Source of the DNA: Tubiluchus corallicola
Taxonomy: Eukaryota; Animalia; Priapulida
NCBI GenBank assembly: GCA_030141605.1
Contig: JAQGDQ010001349.1
Coordinates: forward strand, 1-45,363
Direction of reading: 5' to 3'
DNA length: 45,363 nucleotides
Shown here: piece after piece, positions 38,263-45,363 of the stretch
How the letters are laid out: each line of letters begins with the position of its first letter
Position numbering within the stretch: position 1 is the first letter of the stretch
Made by a program: the position numbers and the translations under genes
Notes under the pieces: model-generated
Told to the model about the DNA's origin: nothing
Database searches by the model: none
What the model saw: the letters and a program-made list of their open reading frames with translations, nothing else

Positions 38263-38959
38263 GCTCATTTGTGCCACCTTAACAAGCCAAGCTTTCAAGG
38301 TGTCATACAGCAACTCTTTTATTTGGTTAATTTGACTTCATCAACGTTTTTTTACCTATACTGTTTCTTTTTGTTTCAGTAATAATGTATGTTGATGTAT
38401 TGTATATGTATTGCTGTAATTACGACTTTGAGTGAGCCTTAATTTTTTTTAAATAGTTACGAATTTGAATTATGTGATTATCTGTCAATGTACCACTTAC
38501 TTGTATTACAATGCACCATTTTACTTACTTGTATATGTAATGATATACATATACACATATATATACCTAAATTTAAGTGGGGGAGAAGAGATTAAATTAT
38601 ATTTTATACTTGTAGAAATAACTATAATTGTATAGAACATTTAAATATAATTGACGGTAGTAATGTAGCCGTCATAACCATTAAAGATGGGCTATGGTGA
38701 GGGGGGGGCAATTTATAAGAATATAAGTGATTCATTCGCAAAATTAATGCTACAATAATACATTCAAAATTTTTTGTATCACTAGTATTTGCTGATTATA
38801 AGCTAAGAGCATTCAAGGTCTTATTTTCCATGTGGAAACAGATATAGGCTGCGATGAATGAATAATTTTATTTTAATTGATTTATAACTTTTATTAATAA
38901 AGTAACAAAAGTGGTAAAGATACCTATTAGTAAAAGAAAAACATTATCGATCGTTTCAG

Positions 38960-39055
38960 GTATATAACAACTGTTCAGGCTACCTACCATGAGCCCTACA
39001 GGGTACGTTATCACACGTGGTGTTTTGACATTCCGCCAAGATGTACTAGATACAG
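38960..39055 (+). CDS. MEGF10: MEGF10/Draper-like EMI exon (YITTVQATYHEPYRVRYHTWCFDIPPRCTRYR)
   Basis: Acceptor tttcag, donor AG|GTTTGT, 96 nt, phase 2/2. The TWC..iPPRC motif is typical of Draper-type EMI domains. Confidence 0.9.
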
Positions 39056-39238
39056 GTTTGTACAAGTGTTTTTCATTTCCTGTGCTTCTATTTTTTGTCA
39101 TATGGTTCTTAGAGTAGGTTTACATATACAAGGATCTTGTTCAAGCCCCTTGCATATAAAATTGTAAACAATTCTCTTATAGATTTGACGAAACTTTAAT
39201 GCAAGTTGTTTAGTAAACGGAATCTTGTGTGCTGTTAA

Positions 39239-39693
39239 CCCTTTCATACCCGTTGTATCCCGTAAGATACGAGAATATTTTCTGCCTTTCAAATTAATAA
39301 AATTTTAAAACTGACAGTTATTTGATCTGTTAATAGTTATTTTGATTTAAACCAATAATAATAAACTAAAAATGGTGATAAAATGGCAAACTAGAAAATA
39401 TACATAGCATAAAAAACTGCACAAGGTACAGTACTTTAGAGACGACTTTGTACAGATCAGCATAGCGTGCATACTAAATGTCTTGAATACTTTAAACAAT
39501 TATCATCAGTTGCAAAATGAAGCACATTTTATGCTTCCATTGAATCCCAATGTATCCGGTGGTATACAGGCTATATTTAGCACGCGGGCACAGGTAGAAA
39601 AAATAATTATTATGTGTAAACAAGATGGACATACTGAACAAAAGTACCAAGCCAAAAAAATTTTTATTAAAAAATAATTTGGGACTGAAAGGG
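39239..39693. mobile_element. piggyBac-type MITE, opposite orientation to 1038-1502
   Basis: TTAA TSD, CCCTTTCA/TGAAAGGG termini and full-length similarity to the first copy. Confidence 0.88.
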
Positions 39694-39780
39694 TTAATTA
39701 TTTTGTTTATGTTAGGTCAACCTGTTGTCTTCCGTTCACTTTTCATTTTGCGTAAATGCTGAAGAACTGAAGAAGTAATA

Positions 39781-40525
39781 ACTACGCAACATTGCAGTAT
39801 CTTTACTATGCAACATTGCAGTATTTTTACTATGCAACATTGCTGTATCTTTACTGTGCAACATTGCTGTATCTTTACTATGCAACATTGCAGTATTTTT
39901 ACTATGCAACATTGCTGTATCTTTACTGTGCAACATTGCTGTATCTTTACTATGCAACATTGCTGTATCTTTACTATGCAACATTGCAGTATTTTTACTA
40001 TGCAACATTGCAGTATTTTTACTATGCAACATTGCAGTATCTTTACTATGCAACATTGCAGTATCTTTACTATGCAACATTGCAGTATCTTTACTATGCA
40101 ACATTGCAGTATCTTTACTATGCAACATTGCAGTATCTTTACTGTGCAACATTGCTGTATCTTTACTATGCAACATTGCTGTATCTTTACTGTGCAACAT
40201 TGCTGTATCTTTACTATGCAGCATTGCAGTATTTTTACTATGCAACATTGCAGTATCTTTACTATGCAACATTGCAGTATCTTTACTACGCAACATTGCT
40301 GTATCTTTACTATGCAACATTGCAGTATCTTTACTATGCAACATTGCAGTATCTTTACTATGCAACATTGCAGTATCTTTACTATGCAACATTGCAGTAT
40401 CTTTACTATGCAACATTGCTGTATCTTTACTATGCAACATTGCAGTATCTTTACTATGCAACATTGCAGTATCTTTACTATGCAACATTGCAGTATCTTT
40501 ACTATGCAACATTGCTGTATCTTTA
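39781..40525. repeat. 24-bp minisatellite TATCTTTACTATGCAACATTGC(A/T)G, about 31 copies
   Basis: Direct inspection. It explains three repetitive ORFs. Confidence 0.97.
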
Positions 40526-40855
40526 AGTCAAACTAGAATTACATTCTATAAATAATAAGAATCATTTTATTTCACACACATGGACACCAAGATACAACAA
40601 AAGAATTCCAAATGTGGAGGCAACATACGACCATACAGTCCTGTACATATTGCCCTTATTCTCATATTGAACTTTTTAATGTACTGCAGTTTTTCAGTGT
40701 ACAGGATTCTGTTCCTGTACGGATTCTTCATCATCACATCAGCAGTCTTCCACATTTGGAAGATTTTCCCAAAATTATTCACAAATTAATTTATATCATG
40801 TAGTAATGTTTAAATTGCTACACTGTATTTATTGTATGCTGAAATTTTCCTTACT

Positions 40856-40895
<40 letters not shown>

Positions 40896-41098
40896 TTCAT
40901 ATATATATTTTAATATTTATTTATTGGACACTGATTTGACATGTTAGATGTATGCAGAAAAATCATTCGTGCTACTTGCGTATTTTCAATGAATAGCAGC
41001 GAATAATGTTTTTTCCTCATTGGTGTAAATGTTTTTAATTATTTAATTTCCTATTATAGTGATGCTTTAATATTTTTGTGATTTGCCGATTTTTTTAG

Positions 41099-41199
41099 GG
41101 TTAGGTATCGAATAGGATACAGACAGGAGATTAAAACTAATTTTAAAACAGTTCAAGTGTGTTGTCAGGGATACACGGAGGTCAACAGCAGATGCGAGC
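41099..41199 (+). CDS. MEGF10: MEGF10/Draper-like EMI exon (VRYRIGYRQEIKTNFKTVQVCCQGYTEVNSRCE)
   Basis: Acceptor ttttttag, donor C|GTAAGT, 101 nt, phase 2/1. Contains the CCxGY motif that closes the EMI domain in Draper/Nimrod proteins. Confidence 0.93.
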
Positions 41200-41263
41200 G
41201 TAAGTATCTCTCATGACTTATCTGCCTTTTAATTGTAAGGACATCATTATTACTTCTAAAATC

Positions 41264-41345
41264 CAGGGATGAGAATTTTCCGCGGATACGCTGAATTCCG
41301 AGTTTTTGGAAGACCAGTAGTGCCATTTTTGTAAATCGCGTAAAT
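41264..41345 (+). repeat. Probable hAT-like element end (CAGGGATGAGAATTTTCCG); copy at 45267-45341
   Basis: About 75 bp of direct similarity starting at CAGGG. The other end was not identified. Confidence 0.55.
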
Positions 41346-41443
41346 TCGTTGAGAAAATTTTTTCGGACCCAGTACATTAAGCCTCGTTTATGAATAACCA
41401 GTTTTAACAAGTAAATGTCTTAGTAAAAATATATTTCGTGTTG

Positions 41444-41826
41444 TGTTGTGGAGATCGCTGGCATCTTAGAATTAAATAGAATATTGTAGAATGTTCATGT
41501 TCCATTATACAATAGAACAATCGTCTTACCTTGTAGAATATTCCAGAAAGAAACTTCTGGAATGTTCCCTGGCACTTATATACAAGGTGAAGCTGGCCGC
41601 TGACACTCTCACACACAGATTCACACGGACGCCACTTACACATTCTCTTGTATACTTGTATTTTCAGATGCACTCAAACGTTTTCCAGATTTTCACGTTT
41701 ACTGTAAACATTTCGCGTTCCTTCATACTTTTGCGTTGTAGAATTCTCGCTTAATAAACTAGTTTAAGTTGACGAAGTGTTTTCTGGTTTTCTCTACGAG
41801 CCTTCCGAGAGAAACAAAACACAACA
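41444..41826 (+). mobile_element. Solo LTR (383 bp) with heat-shock elements, inside the MEGF10-like intron
   Basis: TGTTGTGGAGATCGCTGGC...AAAACACAACA with a 5-bp TSD TGTTG (41439-43 and 41827-31). HSEs at 41535-41568, TATATA at 41577, AATAAA at 41753. Confidence 0.85.
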
Positions 41827-41926
41827 TGTTGCAACATAACCTGAAAAAGATTAAATTAATAAATTGTGTCTTAATTTAATTAATCAGCAAGTGTGAGCTG
41901 TACTAAACTCTATGATTTTTTTACAG

Positions 41927-42019
41927 CATCTTGTGTGCCCGCCTGTATTCATGGCGAATGCCTTTCACCCAACTTCTGTGAATGCAAGCCTGGTTACAGT
42001 GGAGCAGACTGTAGCTCCT
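41927..42019 (+). CDS. MEGF10: MEGF10/Draper-like NIM/EGF exon (PSCVPACIHGECLSPNFCECKPGYSGADCSS)
   Basis: Acceptor tttttacag, donor T|GTAAGT, 93 nt, phase 1/1. NIM-type EGF repeat. Confidence 0.93.
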
Positions 42020-42733
42020 GTAAGTACTGCATTTAATACTTAATCACAGTTAGCCAATCTGCATACTTAAGGCAAAAACAGTCTTTTTTTCAATCACAAC
42101 AATTCATTAGTAAGTACCATATACGATTGTTTGTATTAGTTTTATAAGATGTTAAAGAAAGGAGCAAGCCACTCAGTATGTTGGGTTTATTTTACTGTTA
42201 TCACTTAAACTTAGAGAAATATAACAAAGAAATTTGCAAAAAACTGCCTAATAAGTATAAATATATAAAATATACTGCCTCTGAATAGAAATGTTGCCGC
42301 CATTCACTTGAAAATCATGACGTAACGCGTCTTGGCTTGCTGTAAGTGTGCGCTGCTTAAACTAATTCAAACTTCTACATCTTACCTAATATTCACGCAA
42401 AAATGTTACAAAACCAGCTATCTAATGTTTTTGTAATTATACTTTTGATGAAGCTTGACAGTGCGTTACTTTTCTTCAAGACGAATGACGTCACTGGAAG
42501 AACAATGAGCATTGAAAATGGAAGCCCCCAAGCATGAAGTGATCGCAACTTTAAAGTGATTTTACTAATTACATGAGATGCTTGTTGCAGTTTTATTACC
42601 AAATCCTTTTAACATTTTGCGAACATTGAAATAAGCCTAACCTCCCAGAAAGCTTGTCTTTTCCTTTAAACATTTTTTCTGTTATAAGATTGTTTTTAAT
42701 ACAGTTAAGGCATCGGTATTTATTGCATGATAA

Positions 42734-42883
<150 letters not shown>

Positions 42884-42952
42884 TAAAGTCTTAAAGCTGG
42901 ACATAATAATCTGCCAGCCGTGAGGAGAAGAATCTGCCTCATGTGCTGACCA

Positions 42953-43135
42953 ATAGACATAGACATAGACATAGACATAGACATAGACATAGACATAGAC
43001 ATAGACATAGACATAGAACATTTATTTTCTCCAATTAGTTTAACATCAAAAGTTTTTTAAATATTACGTAATTATAATCATGGAGCAGGGCAGGGAAGAA
43101 CCATAGGGTCATCTAGTCTCATGCCCTTTCTTTTA
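42953..43135 (-). mobile_element. Related retroelement 3' end with an (ATAGAC)n tail of about 10 units
   Basis: Same tail, the same ATTTATTTTCTCCAA, and GGTCATCTAGTCTC. An inverted related motif lies at about 37425-37450. Confidence 0.6.
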
Positions 43136-43594
43136 AATAGATTAGTCATATTAAAAATTAACGGTGATGCTGCAGATAACAAAAACAATAACAAATAAGA
43201 AAAAATACAAATAAAAACAGTATAAATGATACAAATTATCCAAAAAGAACTGAAAACAAAAAAAATAATAAAGTTGGATACCAAAATCTAAACAAAACAA
43301 TACAATTATTCAGTAATTAGGATTATCATATGTAGTAGTTTCAAATGGGGTCTTATTAACAGGGGAATTTGACCAAGGTTAATGTTTGACCAATGTCCCT
43401 GTCACACAGATAATCCACCTACCATTCGCTGTCTGCCACCTACTCGGGCTGCGTACCATGAGCCGTCTGCCATAATCCACGATAGCCTCCTTGCAGGCTG
43501 TTAAATTCTGTTAAAATCAATACCTATTATTCGTAAAGATTAAAATAATTAACTTCCTAATTAGATAAATAATTAACAACATCTTGTGTTACAG

Positions 43595-43739
43595 GATGGG
43601 AAGGAAGGGATTGCAGTCAGCCATGTCCTTCCGGTTACTATGGCAACCTTTGTTTGTCTCATTGTAAGTGTAAAAACAACAGTACGTGTGATCCAATCAG
43701 CGGTCAGTGTCGTTGCATCCCCGGATTTCGTGGTCCTCT
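43595..43739 (+). CDS. MEGF10: MEGF10/Draper-like EGF exon (GWEGRDCSQPCPSGYYGNLCLSHCKCKNNSTCDPISGQCRCIPGFRGPL)
   Basis: Acceptor gttacag, donor CT|GTATGT, 145 nt, phase 1/2. Confidence 0.93.
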
Positions 43740-44272
43740 GTATGTATCGCTGAGCTTTGCTATTTATTTATTTATGTATTTATTTATTTATTATTTGACT
43801 GGCATTCATTAGGTGTTTTCAGCATAGCGTTGTATTGGATATTTTTGAAACAGGTGCATTATGGGATTTGCAGTTCGGTGGCACGGGGTTTATGGTTTTC
43901 GGTTAGCTAGCAGATATAAACAGTCTTTGCTTTTGCAGTTGCTCTCTGTATCGGTGGAAGTGGCAGCTTTTAACACTTTCTGCTTTACTTTGCAAAGTTG
44001 GTGTTCAAAATCTAAAACTTATTAGCTTAATTTTGCGTCAACTTGGCGATTTTACCCCTTACATGTCGCCCTCTGAGTCTGGATATGAGAGCCAACGTAT
44101 TTAAAAAAATCAACCAACTAGCTACCTTGATTGAATTTCAATTTTATTTTGAGAACTACTTCTATGCAAAAGCTGATTAACAATTCCACCGGCATTATAC
44201 CCAGTTTGCGCCTGTAGTTATAGACTAACAAAAGAAATGAACTCGAGCTTTAGAGATTCGATGTTACCTATT

Positions 44273-44594
44273 GGTTGGCATCCTTCTGTCTCGGAAGACA
44301 ATGGAGTGTGCGCCAAGAGAGTCAGTTATTGATCACATTGATGGAGCTGCAGCGTCGACTGTGGCTGAGCAATCCGATCCTTAAGCCACTGGAGTGGCCT
44401 CTCCATGGAGATCCTGGGTTACCCAGACAACAAGAACCCCCTCTCTTCCTCCCTGGTGTAGTCCAAAGGAAAGCAGAGTGATACGTGTAGCACCAGGTTG
44501 GCTGCAGGAGCTGCCGGAGTCAGTGAGCATGCTGCACTGGTCCGCCTTCGGGGTTCCACCCCTGTGACGAGACGAGAACTTCGGTGACGAGAAC
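44273..44594 (-). mobile_element. Second, 5'-rearranged copy of the 5S/RTE SINE
   Basis: Near-identical to 32660-32970 apart from an internal deletion of about 22 bp. Short 5S pieces lie at 44565-44594. The 14-bp TSD is CGATG(T/C)TACCTATT (44259-72 and 44595-608). Confidence 0.85.
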
Positions 44595-44835
44595 CGATGC
44601 TACCTATTACTACTCTCTTTAATAACTTCTTCTATTCAAAATGTCATCGAGTGGCACCATTGTCTTGACTGACGTATGTTTTAAAAATCAAAAGGTCGAG
44701 TTCGGAGATCGGATCTACCCGTCGCTCCCGTCTCGCAAACGGGCACTATACACAGTTACAGCTGCCTTGACCCTCTATTACTTGAAATTTACAATGTATG
44801 ACTACTTTAGCATCTGATAAAAAATGCACCTCAAA

Positions 44836-45012
44836 GAAAAGAGAATGGGGTTCCCTTCCTGATTTGTTGATTTTTTGAAAAGAGAATGGGGTTCCCTTCC
44901 TGATTTGTTGATTTTTTGAAAAGAGAATGGGGTTTCCTTCCTGATTTGTTGATTTTTTGAAAAGAGAATGGGGTTCCCTTCCTGATTTGTTGATTTTTTG
45001 AAAAAAAATGGG
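44836..45012. repeat. 41-bp minisatellite, about 4.3 copies
   Basis: Unit GAAAAGAGAATGGGGTTCCCTTCCTGATTTGTTGATTTTTT. Confidence 0.92.
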
Positions 45013-45029
45013 TTCGTTTTCAGGTGTAG

Positions 45030-45248
<219 letters not shown>

Positions 45249-45363
45249 TGATAGTCCTCAATTATGCAGGGATGAGAATTTTCCGCAGATATGCGGATTT
45301 CCGAGTTTTTTCAAGACCAGTAGTGCCATTTTTGTAAATCGTGTGTGTGTGTGTGCGTGTGAA

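Noticed and set aside
39736-40536. Three 242-258 aa repetitive ORFs (MLHSKDTA, QHCSIFTM and similar)
   Set aside because: They derive from a 24-bp minisatellite in the MEGF10-like intron.

Overview
AT-rich, intron- and repeat-rich animal genomic DNA. It is an invertebrate, probably a lophotrochozoan judging by the 5S-like sequence, but that assignment is tentative. Two divergently transcribed, multi-exon genes can be spliced by hand with canonical GT-AG sites and consistent phases. (1) On the minus strand is an F-box/leucine-rich-repeat gene resembling the insect FipoQ/CG2010-type family: exons 20754-20864 (candidate), 7812-7979, 5799-6108 and 2269-2532, probably continuing off the left edge. 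(2) On the plus strand is a MEGF10/11-Draper/CED-1-type engulfment receptor: signal peptide, EMI domain and EGF repeats in 7 coding exons from 37824 to 45185, continuing off the right edge. Most long ORFs in the ORF track are artefacts of tandem repeats. Introns and the intergenic region hold piggyBac-, hAT- and probably Kolobok-type MITEs, LINE 3' fragments and about ten different minisatellites. The most notable elements are (a) two diverged solo LTRs with 5-bp TSDs whose U3 regions are built like hsp70 promoters (heat-shock-element arrays plus TATA), each in sense orientation to one of the two genes, and (b) a composite SINE made of a full 5S rRNA head and an RTE-LINE-derived tail, present as one full and one rearranged copy.
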